DNA of 64,000 nucleotides from Octopus sinensis. Its lineage: Eukaryota. The stretch spans positions 88,784,001 to 88,848,000 of the forward strand of contig NC_042997.1 in the NCBI RefSeq assembly GCF_006345805.1, in the 5' to 3' direction. Position 1 is the stretch's first letter; the number at the start of each line of letters is the position of its first letter. Under the pieces are notes generated by a model, which worked only from the letters and a program-made list of their open reading frames with translations, ran no database searches and was not told the DNA's origin. This document shows, piece after piece, positions 1-12,976 of this stretch. The translations under genes were made by a program, and so were the position numbers.

Positions 1-653
1 GGGGAAGTTAGGAAGGGAGGACGGCAGGGTGATGTATGCATGTATATATATAGGAAAGTATCTGTGCATATAAACGGGCACAGGGAGATGTGTGAGTGGA
101 TTTTTTTGTGAGTGTGCTATTTCTTTGGGAGGGGTATGTGTGTGAAGGTGTGCGAGTATGGAAGTGTAGTGGCGTGGAGTAGTGGGATGTGTGGGAGGAT
201 GGCGTTCGGTGCCATCGAAGTACCAATATATGAGATGAATGTATAGAAGGGGAAGGTGAGACAGGAGCATGTAGAGGTGAAAGGGAAGGAATGTAAGATG
301 TGATATTTAAGAAGAAACACCGAAGAAGTATGTAAATAGTGATAATTATAAAAAGGGAAATGATACCACAGGTGAAAAATCTGCAGAGGTTTTGTAACAA
401 ATGCAATGACCGGAGAAAGTAGAAGCAGAAAAAAGAAGGCAGCTGAAGTGGACATGGACAGGGACAAAACGAAAAGGGAGGTAATTTACAGTTAAACGGC
501 AAATAAAAAAAGTAAATATATATATAAGAATTAAGTCAATACGTAAAAAGATAAAATTAAAATAAAAGAAGCATAGGGGAAGAGTCTGTGAGGGCTACAA
601 GAGAAGGGAAACCTGTTGACGGTGGTTAATTCTCTCGATCGTATTCGTCGGTG

Positions 654-730
654 GTATGTATGTATGTATGTATGTATGTATGTATGTATGTATGTATGTA
701 TGTATGTATGTATGCATGTATGTATGTATG
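654..730. repeat. (GTAT)n microsatellite
   Basis: Near-perfect GTAT run read directly; explains the IHTY ORF. Confidence 0.95.
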
Positions 731-897
731 TATATATATATATTTTTTAATTCTATAACTGCTACCTCTGATGAATGGAAGGTTACATAATCGGATTGTT
801 AATATGAGTGTGTGTGTGTGAGCGTAAGTGTATGCGGGTGTGTATATGTTTACGTGTATAGGTAGATATCTATATACTATATACATACGTATATATA

Positions 898-950
<53 letters not shown>

Positions 951-1234
951 TATATAATTATATTCACTTACACACACATGTAAATACGCACGCAAAGTAT
1001 TCCACCAATTCTGTAAGACCTTTTGTAGATAAATCTCAGATACATCATTGTCTTGGCAGCTATATAACTTTGTATTCAATCTAGATACCAAGTAAAGGCT
1101 AAGAGTAAAGCAAGCAAAAAACAAGGAAAAATATGACCGATAAGATGTAAACGTGCCTGATGTATCTATTTTGGTCGATGCATACACACATGCATTTATA
1201 CATACATGCATGTATATATATGTTTTTAATGTAT

Positions 1235-1637
1235 TATTCTCCTTGTCCTGTCTTTCATTGTTTTTATTTGTATTGGTTTTACTGTCTTGTTTTGTTTTTA
1301 CTGTCCTGTTCTTGTTACCACTTTTACCCCTCCGCAAAAAATCCCAAATTTTATTTAATTTGCTTTGCGGGAAGGACTGTTTCAACGAAGTCGCGTCTTG
1401 TCCGAAACAGGGACAACTGAAGAAGGGGAGTGTTCCTTGTGTTGTATGTCTTGTACTCAGTTTTTTCGTTGTTTGAAAAAAAAGGCCGTTTCCATGTTTC
1501 TGTCTTTATGTTTTCGTTTCTCATTGTGTTCAACGTTTTTTGGGTGTCCGTACCCATATATGCATGTATATATACATATAGATGTAGGTATGTACATATA
1601 TGTATGTTTATATGCATATGTTTATATATTATTTTGT

Positions 1638-1655
<18 letters not shown>
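1235..1655 (+). repeat. Unclassified ~400-bp dispersed repeat (family U), copy W
   Basis: Aligns by eye with 62030-62420 (+) and, as reverse complement, with 62561-62903; shared motifs ttttacccctccgcaaaaaa, actgaagaagggga, gtacccatatatgca; runs into (TA)n. Confidence 0.85.
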
Positions 1656-1733
<78 letters not shown>

Positions 1734-2329
1734 ACATGTGTGTGTGTGATATCAAGTTTTGATCTGCCATACATGTTGTAATTCAAAACTTGATCAGGTG
1801 AAATCAGTACACAGTAACTGGGTTAGCCGAGCGTGTGTTTGTTCCGAGTAATTTACTGCATGTCCTCAGATATTACATTATAGAATGCATGTTTATAACG
1901 TTGATGAAAATCCTCTTCCATCACCTACTCTTCTTTCTCTTCTTCTTACGCTTCCGCTTCATCATCATTAATAAAACAGTAATTGGTTCTTTCACTGTTG
2001 TTGAAGTAAGATAAGAATCAATTACTCGACTTGCTTTCATCATCAATGAACTCACACATGTTCATTGATGTTGATGATAGAGCGCCACCGACAAGCCATA
2101 TTCGTGTCTGCGACATTGACAACATACGTTCACATACATAAAGGCGCGCACACAAGCAAACGTAAAGGCACAAAAGCAGATGGAGGATAGACAGAAACTA
2201 AGACTGATAAAACAGACACCCTACATTTTGCTACATTTTAGAAAAAAGTGAATCGGTAAAACAAGTCGGTGGACGAGTAAAAATCAGACATTGATGAAAT
2301 TGGTAATGGACCGATATAAATCAGACAGT

Positions 2330-3500
2330 AGGCAAGTTGTTGTTTAGCCCGAAATCAGCTTGAATATGAGCTGACCTTTGATTCAAGGCATTTCGGCCGT
2401 CATCATACTGTATTTGTTTTCGTAAATATAATGTATGGGGGTTATATTGAAAGTAATGCAAACGTGAGCGTAACGTTTTTATTAAATTATGTTGTCCATT
2501 CAAATTGCCCATGTTGGTAGAATAACTTTTTTCTATACAAAAATAATACTTAACATAGTTTCCATCAGAAGTGGTATATATGCAACATCGTTTATCCTAA
2601 CTCTCAAGCCCTCTTTGAAAATATTCTCATGTGCACCGTTGTACTTACTACTTCACAGCCACTGCCACATTGCATGTGACATCAAATCATCGCAGGTAAC
2701 ATCAAACCAGCCCAATTTGCCGATTGCCTGATTTGTTGCTAAAGATGTGCGTGGTCGCACATTGTCATGGCGAATGTGAACCGCTTTCAGACTCTTGTCC
2801 GGTTTCTTCCTCCTAAGGGATTTTATCAGCTTTTTGAGTGTCTCAATGTACTGCCTGCTATTCACAGTACATCCACATTCCAGAAGATCAAAGAGGAATG
2901 TCTCTATTGTCATTCTCCAAAGTAGACACCACTAAGTGTCCTTGTCGATCGCTGGCCTTTGAACTTCTTAGGTATCAGAGAAGAGGTGTGACGTTACCTC
3001 ACAGACTGAACCTTCGTTTTCGGATCATAAAGCTAGACCCACATTTCATCCCTTTTCACCAGATCGGGGAAAAAAAGCATGTCTCCATTGGTTGAAACGC
3101 CTCCAGCAGATCAGAGCAGATTTACACCCTTCTCTCTTTCAGATCAGTTGTCATTAACCAAGCTACTCTCTAATATCTAAAGTTTTCCAATATCTGTAGT
3201 GTATTGTGACTACAGTCAAGTTGCACAACAAACTCACGGATTGTAACTCGTCTATCCGCGCGAATCAATTCATCCATTCACTGATGATTCGTGTCTATGG
3301 TGGCAATTGATGGTTTTCCACTTCGTACTTTACTTTTCATCCATCTGAGCACATTGCTCTTGTCAATGATGTAATCTCTGCAAAGAACCTATAACCTTCT
3401 CTGGATATCGGACAACCTGCATCATTTCTACAGAAAGAACCCAGTGAAATCATGTCGCTTCCACTTGGAACCCCTTATTTTCCTGCAATGGAGAAAAACA
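2330..3500 (-). mobile_element. Decayed mariner (Tc1/mariner) transposase
   Basis: Minus-strand motifs LIRADRRVTIRE, DEMWV*LYDPKTKVQS..PKKFK, HDNVRPRTS..AIGKLGW; many stops and frameshifts; apparently interrupted around 2480-2680. Confidence 0.85.
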
Positions 3501-4400
3501 CGAAGAAACACATGTGCAATTCAAATGACTTATGTCAGACATTTTTTCATTTACTTTAGATACATTCCTCGTATCTGGGACCACACTAATTATTTTTTTA
3601 AACGATTAGGTGTGATTTCTTACAGATCGAGTGACTATGTAGATGCTTCTAGGTCTTCTTTACAGGAGACAAGTCAGACTAGATAGTGAGCTGGTAAATC
3701 TGAATAGAGAATAGATAAAACAAGACAAGACGGTAGACAGATAAAGTTAGGCAGTGAACCAGAGGCTGAGGAGATGATGCCAGACACTAGACAAATTATA
3801 AGGTTCAAGACAAATAGAAAAGATCAAACTAAACCGGCAATCAAAGTAAAAATACTAACTCAGACGTTAGGTTTTCGATTAAATAGGTTTCATGTGGAGT
3901 TCACCTACATCAAATATGCAGCTACAAGTGGAATAAAAACGAAAATGGTGTGTTTTTGTGTGTATAGTGTATTCATCCGTGAGTGTGTATCTGTGCATGT
4001 GTGTGTGTGTGTGTATGTGTGTGTGTGTGTGTTTAAGTGAGTTCATGCAAATGTAATGTATGTGAACAGCTCATCTGCATTTATAACTAGCGAACTGTTG
4101 TATCTCAGTTGAACCTAGTAATCTTCTTTTATCCATCTTGTTAGCGATTTAATAGTTATTTTAAGAGGATTCACGAAACAAATGTTGGAGTTGTTGTCTG
4201 TCGCACCGATCATAAAATAGATTCAGACAAATGATTCGGAATTTGATTGGAAATTAAAACTCACCATTCCAACCTCCACCTCTCCACAACTCTTCAATTA
4301 TTCCATCGACTCTTCATTTTCTTTCTTTTGCTTTTTCATTTTTCGTTCTTTCTTTCTGTCACACTCTTTTTTTTATATTTCTTTCTTATATTACTTAATT

Positions 4401-4455
4401 TACTTGGTCAGAGGAAGAAAAGTAGCGCCCATGGTACTTTTCAGGGCCTGACGAC

Positions 4456-4506
<51 letters not shown>

Positions 4507-4566
4507 TGTGTGTGTGAGAGAGAAAGAGAGAGAAAGAAATGGAAGGATGGAGAAAGAGAAAGTGTG
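4401..4566 (+). repeat. Short element + (GA)n, copy 1 of 2
   Basis: acttggtcagaggaagaaaagYagcgcccatggtacttt..(GA)n..aatggaagg..gagaaagagaaagtgt recurs at 6183-6305. Confidence 0.75.
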
Positions 4567-4829
4567 AGAGAGAGAGAGAGAGAGAGACGAAGAAGTCATC
4601 CGTTTGAAGACCATCACCTAAATGCATACAACAAAGTGTACGTTGTTAAAGACACCCAAGGACAGGTGGTAGCGTTAAACTGAGCGAATATTAAATCTAC
4701 GTCCTGGGAACAAGAACGATACAGCCGACAGATTTCCACACGATAGTGTCTGTGTACCAAATTTCATCCCCAACGATTTTGCCAATACCAAGCTAATAAG
4801 TAGCGGGACAACTGTATCGACTCTGTGAA

Positions 4830-5145
4830 GGCACATGGCTCAGTAATTAGAGCATCGAGCTCACAGTCATGAGATAGTGAGTTCGATTCGATTCTCGGAC
4901 CGGACTGTGTGTTGCGTTCTTGAGCAAGACACTTTATTTCACGTTGCTCCAGTTCACTCATCTGTAGAAATGACTTGTGACGTCACTGGTGTCAAGCGGT
5001 ATCAGCTTTTGCCTTTCCCTTGGTGACGTGGAGAGGGGAGGCTGATATGCATGGGCAACTGCTGGTCTCTTGCCCAGACTTGTGTCTCGGAGAGTGCTTT
5101 CAAGGTGCAATCCCATGATCATTTATGACCGAAAGGGATCTTTAC
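4830..5145 (+). mobile_element. tRNA-derived SINE with CORE-like domain
   Basis: A-box-like tggctcagtaattag, B-box-like gagttcgattc, then ttcttgagcaagacactttatttcacgttgctccagttcactcatctgtagaaatg resembling the CORE-SINE domain. Confidence 0.65.
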
Positions 5146-5477
5146 TCTTTATATCGATTCTAGTCTATATGGCTGCTTCCAGTTATTTCATTCCAGTACT
5201 TATGAAATAGTTCATCGTGCACGACGTAACGCTTACGGAAAAGTCGAAACTAAAGTATAGCTGTTGTATTAATAAATATAATTTTGACCCCACTGTAAAG
5301 AATAAACAAAGTGGAATGATCACAAGTTTGTCAACCCTTGCCAGAGAAAAAAATATCGATCACACCAGTTTCTTGTCATGCTAAATCTTCATCAGAGAAA
5401 GAAAACCTGTCTTCTGTGAGATGTACTATGAAAAGGCACAAGTACAATCGTCACTTTGGTGACGGTTGTACTCATAT

Positions 5478-5484
5478 ATATATG

Positions 5485-5582
<98 letters not shown>

Positions 5583-5690
5583 GTGTGTGTGTGTGTGTGT
5601 GTGTGGTGTGTGGTGTGTGTGTGTTGTGTGTGTGTGTGTATGTATGTATATATATATGTATGTATGCATGTATGTATATGTATATATATG
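5478..5690. repeat. Compound (AT)n/(GT)n microsatellite
   Basis: Direct reading. Confidence 0.95.
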
Positions 5691-6068
5691 TTAGTTAGTT
5701 AGTTAGTTAGTTAATTTGGCTCAAAAGCAAATAGCAAGGCCATGTAGGGGGACATGGAGTTAAGTACAGGGTGGTGTTCATGTAAAGAGTTCAGGCCACT
5801 TGAGGTCCAGGGAGGCTTTGAACAAAGCGGTCGTCGGCATCGTTACCATCTCGTCTGGCAGCTTGTTCCACGGATCCGCAACCCGGACGGAGAAAGCTCC
5901 TCTCCTTCGATTGAGATGAAATCGTCGCAGGTAGAGCTTTTCGGAATGACCCCGCAGCCGACGCTCTGGAGCAGGAGTGAAGAACAGCTCTTTCGAGAGG
6001 TTACACTTTCCGCTTATGATGTTGTGGGCGAGAATGAGATCACCACGGCGGCGGCGTTTTTCAAGAAT
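5690..6068 (-). mobile_element. 5'-truncated CR1/L2-type LINE 3' end with (CTAA)n tail
   Basis: Open frame LEKRRRRGDLILAHNIISG..LRGHSEKL..RRGAFSVRVADPWNKLPDEMV..FKASLD matches the CR1-group RT C-terminus; short 3' UTR then (TAAC)n tail at 5690-5714. Confidence 0.9.
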
Positions 6069-6076
6069 ATATATAT

Positions 6077-6133
<57 letters not shown>

Positions 6134-6182
6134 TATACATACACATATATATGTACATGTATAAATATATATGTCCATACAT

Positions 6183-6235
6183 ATACTTGGTCAGAGGAAG
6201 AAAAGCAGCGCCCATGGTACTTTCAGGACCTGGCG

Positions 6236-6274
<39 letters not shown>

Positions 6275-6305
6275 ATGGAAGGAGGGAGGGAGAAAGAGAA
6301 AGTGT
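6183..6305 (+). repeat. Short element + (GA)n, copy 2 of 2
   Basis: Homologous to 4401-4566. Confidence 0.75.
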
Positions 6306-6785
6306 ATGCATGTATGTATGTATGTATATCATTCAACCACGGTAGTGGTTGAATATATTAAGTCCACCATTTCGTAAATCGCAGCAGCTTGAAGCTTCAC
6401 ACTAAGTCAGTTCTCAACTAAATTGCAAACTGTTCATAGTTTTAAAGAGGATACCTAATCAGCTACACTTTGGCATAAATAGTTTGAGATTTGGTTCAGT
6501 AGAAAAAAAGTTACATCAAAATATCTGCGACCTCAAGGCAGATAGTCATCTTCAATTAACATAATTTTTTAAATTTTAAATTAAAAGTATACTTTTCTTA
6601 GGCTTAAATGATAGAAAAATGCATGAGGAATTCAGAATCGTTAGTTGTATTGGACAAAAATGAGTATAAAAACAGTTATGAAGTAAAATATTACGAAATT
6701 TTATGTCAGTAAATAAGGAAGTAAGGGAGTGACGCTTAAGCAATAAGAATAAAGAATATATTTCTAAAATGAATGGCTACATTCT

Positions 6786-6890
6786 AAGGCAGTGAGCTGG
6801 TCGAAATGTTAGCACGCCGGGCGAAATGCTTAACAATATTTCGTCTGTCTTTAATCTTTTGATTTCAAATTTCGCCGAGGTTGACTTTGA
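6786..6890 (+). mobile_element. SINE family A, 5' fragment
   Basis: aaggcagtgagctggtcgaaatgttagcacgccgggcgaaatgctt.. matches the family head seen in many other copies in the window. Confidence 0.8.
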
Positions 6891-7149
6891 TGTACAGGTT
6901 ATTTAATTAAGTTTTTTTAACTATACATTTTCAAACTTCCGATACTGGTAAAATGTTTCACAGAACAGGGTTTTACTCTTAACGTTTTTGACAAAATTAT
7001 GTATTTTAGAAGTTATTTCGTCAGAAGTTACAGAGTGACAATGGACAAATTCATGTTTGATAAGTGCCAATATATGAATTCTCAGCTTTTGACTTATTCT
7101 CTAACTTCTGCCGATGATCTATATACATATTACATATATGTGAAAAAAA

Positions 7150-7335
7150 AATATCACGCAGTCGAACCAATGAAAGAGCCTGTACCTGATCGCTCGACAC
7201 GCTAAAAATAGCAGCCAAAGTATCCCCTACCTAAATCACATGCCCATTGTATGCAATGTCCTAGATTATCCCTAAAAAGACGATTTGCTGAAGGCTGGAA
7301 TATCTTTGATGATAGGTTTGCAGTATCAGGGTTGA
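7150..7335 (+). mobile_element. Dispersed repeat family C (SINE-like, AAC tail)
   Basis: gctaaaaatagcagccaa..ggctggaatatctttgat..ggctaaataacaac; related copies at 19880-20075 and 53318-53500. Confidence 0.55.
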
Positions 7336-7871
7336 TTTGAGGCTAAATAACAACATTATGGTAAATTTCTATATGAACACCCGCACGATTTTCACTAAGA
7401 AAAAAAAAAAAAAATTTGATTTTTTGCGAGGAATCAAGTACCCTGACCTCCTAATATGTTGCAAATCCTTTATTTTGGTACGGAAAAAATGAGGTGGGAG
7501 ACCCCCCCCCAATCCCGAAATCATTGGAATTTCTTTTTCCTTGAATGAATTCCTGTGACCCCCTAATATTGCAAAATTAGGTTACTTAACTGACGGTTTT
7601 AGGGTCTTGTTGTTTGTAACTTTTGGTGAGCCATGGTGCAACCAATAACATGGTAAAAATCCCTGCCATTAATTTGGTGTGGATGGATAATATCAAATAA
7701 TTCAATCACAACATATATTTAAATTAAACATGAAAAAACTTGAAATATTATCATCACTTACATGGAAAAATTGAAATATCTTTCAGTATTTTATAAGGTA
7801 AAATCTTAAATTATTAATTGACACATTATTAATTACCTTATAACAGCAATGCCTGGAAAAATTATGGATTA

Positions 7872-8356
7872 CATGGAAAAATGCGAGCAGGAAAAGTCAT
7901 ATTGTAAAGATTATAAACCTGGAAAAGTACAGGACAAGTTATTACACCTGTAAAAGTATAGGACAAGCTATTACTTCCAGTAAAGTAAAGAATAAGAAAC
8001 TTTTTACTTAAAATATTGCAGCTAAAATTAAAATTTGAATATTAAAACTTATATTATTATAGCTTACAAATAACACTATACTTATTTCAGTAGAATTTGG
8101 CTAATTTACTACCTTAAATACAGAAAAAAGTGACTAATTAGACAAACTTACAATTTAAAAGATGAGAACTGTGAAGAGTGATATATTAGAAGAACTGGCA
8201 TTCTTTGCTGCGATATTTTAAGTAAAAAGTTTCTTATTCTTTACTTTACCAGAAGTAATAGCTTGTCCTATACTTTTACAGGTGTAAAAACTTGTGTTGT
8301 GCTTTTCCGTGTTTATAATCCTAAGAATATGACTTTTCATGCTCGCATTTTCCATG
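7872..8356. mobile_element. Foldback/MITE-like element with ~150-bp inverted arms
   Basis: 7872-8026 is the approximate reverse complement of 8204-8356. Confidence 0.85.
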
Positions 8357-8825
8357 CTAATGTATAAATCAGTAGGAAATGATTTGAGGAAAATTCGGCT
8401 GTTCTGTTCAACATGTCTAGTTAAAATGTAGAGTTCTCTTGTATTGGATCATTCTTATATATATGAATTCCTAAGAGAATATGGTGTGACTTGAGGCAAA
8501 GCTGATTCCGAAGAGAATATGGTGTAACTTGAGGCGAGCTAGTCGAGATACCATGCTGAGGCGCCTTCGTTTTTGTAATTCTTTTCCCATTTATTTACGA
8601 CATATATAACACATCATCTACACCTGATAGGTTAAAGTGTTATATTGGTTATCAATGGAAGAGCAAAACATAAATGTAATATTTTTCTTTTGTACGGGTG
8701 GCTGTGGGGTTAAGAAGCTCATCTTGCATCAACGTGGTTTCAAGATCAGTCTCACTGCACGACATCTAAGCCAAGTGGCTTCTATATAGCTCCGGATCCA
8801 TCAATGCCTTGTGAGTGAATATGTA

Positions 8826-9255
8826 TATTGGGCTGACCAAAAAGTTTTAAACATAGAGCGATTTATTCATTTATTCACTTAATGATAAAATTGCCGTTTA
8901 GTTTCAATATCTTCTGCTACCTTGTGACCAGATCTATTGCTCCCGGCTCAAATAATTTCCTGTCTCTACTGGTAATGGACTCTTCCAGGTGAATGTTTAC
9001 ACACTCTTCAGAGCTGATGATCTGTTCATTCAATTAATATTGAAGAGACCGAAACAGGTGGCAATCTGAAGGCGTAAGGTCGGGCGAATATAGAAGGTGA
9101 GACAAGACTTACCAATCAAGCCTCAGTAACGTTTGCCGCATTTCCAAAGGAGTTCAAAACATCGAAATCCAATCTGTTTTAAAAAGTTGCCATTGGAGAA
9201 TGTCATGAAACTGTATACAGACCGACATCGTTACTCTCCTTCTCGCTCGACGACT
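8826..9255 (-). mobile_element. mariner 3' fragment with terminal inverted repeat
   Basis: Minus strand DW*VLSHLLYSPDLTPSDCHLFRSLQ..DLVTR*QKILKLNGNF; ends in tattgggctgaccaaaaagt preceded by TA. Confidence 0.85.
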
Positions 9256-9677
9256 TTACCTCTCTCCATTTTTGTCTGTCTGTCTGTCTGTTTCTCTCTC
9301 TCTCTCTCTTTCGACGTATATCACTTTCTGTTTATTTTATTGTTCTTTTTTTTTTTACCTTCTATATTTCACTTCACACCTTTCCTCGGTTTTCTTTCTC
9401 TCACACGTCTCTATTATTCCTATCACTTTTCTTTCCTTCTTCTTCTCCACGTCGCTATACCACCTTCGTTCATTATTCCATTATTTATTCCATTATCTAC
9501 TTCAATCCTCTCACCTCTTTTCTCACCCTTTGTGGTTTTCCTTACATCCATCTACGTCAGTCACTCCCCATCTTTCCATTTTCTGAAGTACTATTAGTTT
9601 CTGTCTATGACACAGACTGAAAAACCAGTTGATCATAGAAATAGTTAACTGTATAATTATACCTGTCAACATATACT

Positions 9678-9690
9678 ACTGCTGCTGCTG

Positions 9691-9775
<85 letters not shown>

Positions 9776-9780
9776 TAACA

Positions 9781-9829
<49 letters not shown>

Positions 9830-9830
9830 T
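9678..9830. repeat. Compound (CTG)/(CTA)n/(TAA)n microsatellite
   Basis: Direct reading. Confidence 0.95.
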
Positions 9831-10130
9831 AAAAATAAAAAAAATCAACTGATTTGACCACAAAGCCAGCTGAATTTAAAATTAAGTATGCCTTTCAACA
9901 ATTGCAAAAATAATTCAATGAAAAGAATATAAAAATACATAATCTTCAACTCTCTAATAAATATCTTAAAATGGCAAGGATTAATGGCTTCTTTCTTAAC
10001 TAGAAACACCTCCGTTTTCGCTCATAACTCTTAGAAGTCTGAAGGTTGAGCAACGCACCGCTAACAGCTCAGGCAAATAATGTGCATTCTAGCAATCTCC
10101 AAATAACAAACGGGACTGTATATATGTATG

Positions 10131-10193
<63 letters not shown>

Positions 10194-10899
10194 ACGCGCA
10201 CGCGCTTAGCTATTTATTCACATATAAACGAATGCATATGCATGAAAAAGCACTCGCAAATTCAAACACGTTTAGAACGTTCTCAATCTTTAATTTGTTG
10301 AAATAGAAGCTTACGTATCGGCCTCTTCTATCAACGAAATAAATATCTAGAAATTCGCCCAAGAATAAAATTACAAGCAACATTTGACAATTCAGTGATA
10401 CTAAAAAAACAAAACAAAAGAACAATTTACAAATCAAAACAATTTCCCATTCCAACATGCTTGAAATCTGAATTGAAAATAAATTAAAACGGTGTCCTTC
10501 ATGACCAAGTCCTATTTTGTTGTGGCCGGTTTGCTTCAAATTTCAATACTATGGGTGTTTTCACTAAATTTAGTTTCTCGACATCCGTCATTCTATCATA
10601 TCTGCACCATATCGCCGTTTTTCAGTCCGATGACTGGTTGCGTCCCATGATCGTAACTTCGGTCTTTGTATTAGCCCTAGAATTTTCAACAGTTGTGTGT
10701 GGTGAAATATTTTCATAATTTTTCTTTTTATCTAACTATGTAATAAATTGTTTTCAAGTAACTCTCTTGAATTTTGTATTGTTTGAAAGAGAATACATTA
10801 TCTCAAAAATCTCAAAAAGAACTCTTATCTTTTTACAAAAAGCAACAATAAATCACTCACAGCTATTGAATGCATTCGCAGCATGATCACGCATCGCCT

Positions 10900-11795
10900 G
10901 ATGTTCCATCAAACCAACATGAAATAAGTGGAGACAGTGCAAGTGTTACAGTGCATAGGAACCAACTTTGATGAGAATAGGAGAAGCCAGGCTCGGAGTC
11001 AACCTGTAGTTTCCAGAACATCCAGTTGTCGCAAGCTCCGGGCCCACACGCAACATCAACTGGTGAAATGGCTTCAAGATAACAAGTAGGAATAGCAGCA
11101 TTTTAATAAAGACGTTGACTCCATCTTGGAAGTAATGGATATGAGTGATGCCGATCGCCGCTTGCAGATAATGATCGCTTTCATCATCAGTTTCGTAGCT
11201 GAAACGTTAGAAGAGAAGAAAGCAATGACAACTACTTATATCAAGCTTAATGGGACCATTAAAATCGATCAGCGAAGTTAGAAGATGAAAAGCTTGAAGT
11301 GAAAGTTCAAGGAGACGACGAGGCTGAAGGTGAGGAGACATCTTATGTATCTGCTGTGTAACCTGCGCAAGAAGCTCAAGAATTTGCGGAGTGCTGAGTA
11401 GCAAAAGAAACGGTAGAAGGAGAGGGCCAAGAAGGGAGCTGCTTTCTAGCAAACCTATATGGGTTTACAAAGCGACTGTCGGTATAGAAGTGCAGCAGCC
11501 AACTCACCTGCTTCAAAAGTAAGATCGACAGTCATTTCACATTTACCCTTGCAGATAAATCCAGAGATCAATCTCAAAGTTCAGGTTATGAAACTTTGCA
11601 TTTTATCGCAAAGGCTAATTCCTGTCGCAGTCCAGTAATCTGGCTGGCTCGCTTTTCTTCAAACGAGTGTTGTACCTCATTCGGATTTAGCAACTCCGTC
11701 CTTTTCTTGCACCTTGTCATAGACGCCATCTGTACCTTAGCTGTGACTTTGAGGTATCGACGGCCTTTACTGTTATCAATTTCCATGATGTTCTG
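10900..11795 (+). mobile_element. Decayed HERO-like (R2/NeSL-group) non-LTR retrotransposon; distal segment inverted
   Basis: Plus: VKW..E*QHFNKDVDSILE..DADRRLQ..IISF, LRKKLKNLRSAE*..KERAKKGAAF, IDSH..RDQ (to ~11580); minus 11580-11795: SWK..VKA..GTDGVYDKV..PDYW..GI..ISGF resembling the start of the RT domain. Confidence 0.6.
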
Positions 11796-12263
11796 ATTTC
11801 GATATCACCGTGAGTGAGAGAAAGAGAAAGAGAGAAAGAGAGAGAGAAAGAATGTGAGGGAGGGAGAAAGGGAGGAAAAGAGAAAGTGGGAGGGAGGGAG
11901 AGAGAAAAGGAAGGGAGGGAAAGAGAGACTTTTGGGTCACAAAACTTGGTATTGCAAATCTATCTTCATCAAAGATCATCATATTTTCTTCTTTCAGGTT
12001 GAAAATAGGGAGCTTCAACACATTGTTCTGCCCATACTGGACGGTGTTGCTCTGCTTCGAATTAGTGCCATTCATTTCTGTTGGAACCTGACCGTGCGGT
12101 ACCTATAAATTGATAGAGAATGAAGTCAAAACAATGAAGAATTTTCACAGAACACTCGGTCATTTAAAGTTAAATAATAAAAAAGCTGAAATCAATCTTG
12201 TAGTATATTTTAAAGCAGCTTACAAATGACCGAAATTTAAGATAAAAGAGTATAATTAAAACA

Positions 12264-12282
12264 ACACACACACACACACACA

Positions 12283-12362
<80 letters not shown>

Positions 12363-12430
12363 CACATACACACGCGCGCGCGCGCATTCACACGCTTGTA
12401 TGCACATACTTGCATGCACACACGCACATG
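12264..12430. repeat. (CA)n/(CG)n microsatellite
   Basis: Direct reading. Confidence 0.9.
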
Positions 12431-12976
12431 CGCGTATGTGCATACACATAATCTTTCACGTATTCTTTTATTAATATTCTTTAACTGGTTTCAGTCATTA
12501 CACTACAGCCAATCAGATGTACCATCATTAAATATTGCTGTAATATTTAGACCTCATTTTCCTAAGACATTCTCTATAAATAACTCGAAAGACAACAATA
12601 GGATATTTGTGAAATTATGGTTATGCTCTCTTCGCAATAACCTGAGTACATTTAACAATGGTCTTATTTCCTCAAATACATTGCTTCCTCATCATCGATG
12701 ATTTCCTCTAAATTACTTCCTCCCAAGTACTTCTTGTCAACTACTTCCTGTCAACCATTTCTAAGATTTCTTTTAAATACATCTTCTGGTTGCAATGCGA
12801 TTTTTTCCTTAGTCTGTCTGCTGTAATTCTAATTTCTCACTATGTACACTGTAGTCCTACCTTCGACGCGCTCTGTTATTTAGTAAGAAGTGGTACCGCT
12901 CAGCCTCAGAAAAATGCTGATGGTTCTTAACGCTGTGCATATTATGACAGTATTTCTTTTAATATTACACCAGAGC

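Noticed and set aside
1395-1445. ccgaaac..ctgaagaagggg..ttcctt in family U as a hammerhead
   Set aside because: GAAA precedes CUGA by only about 9 nt, and the hairpin after CTGAAGA is followed by GTG/GTA rather than GAAA; no valid topology on either strand
4830-4905. SINE heads as tRNA genes
   Set aside because: A/B-box-like words are present but there is no cloverleaf, and they continue into SINE bodies
5690-5714. (TTAG)n as a telomeric repeat
   Set aside because: Not TTAGGG; it is the 3' tail of the adjacent LINE
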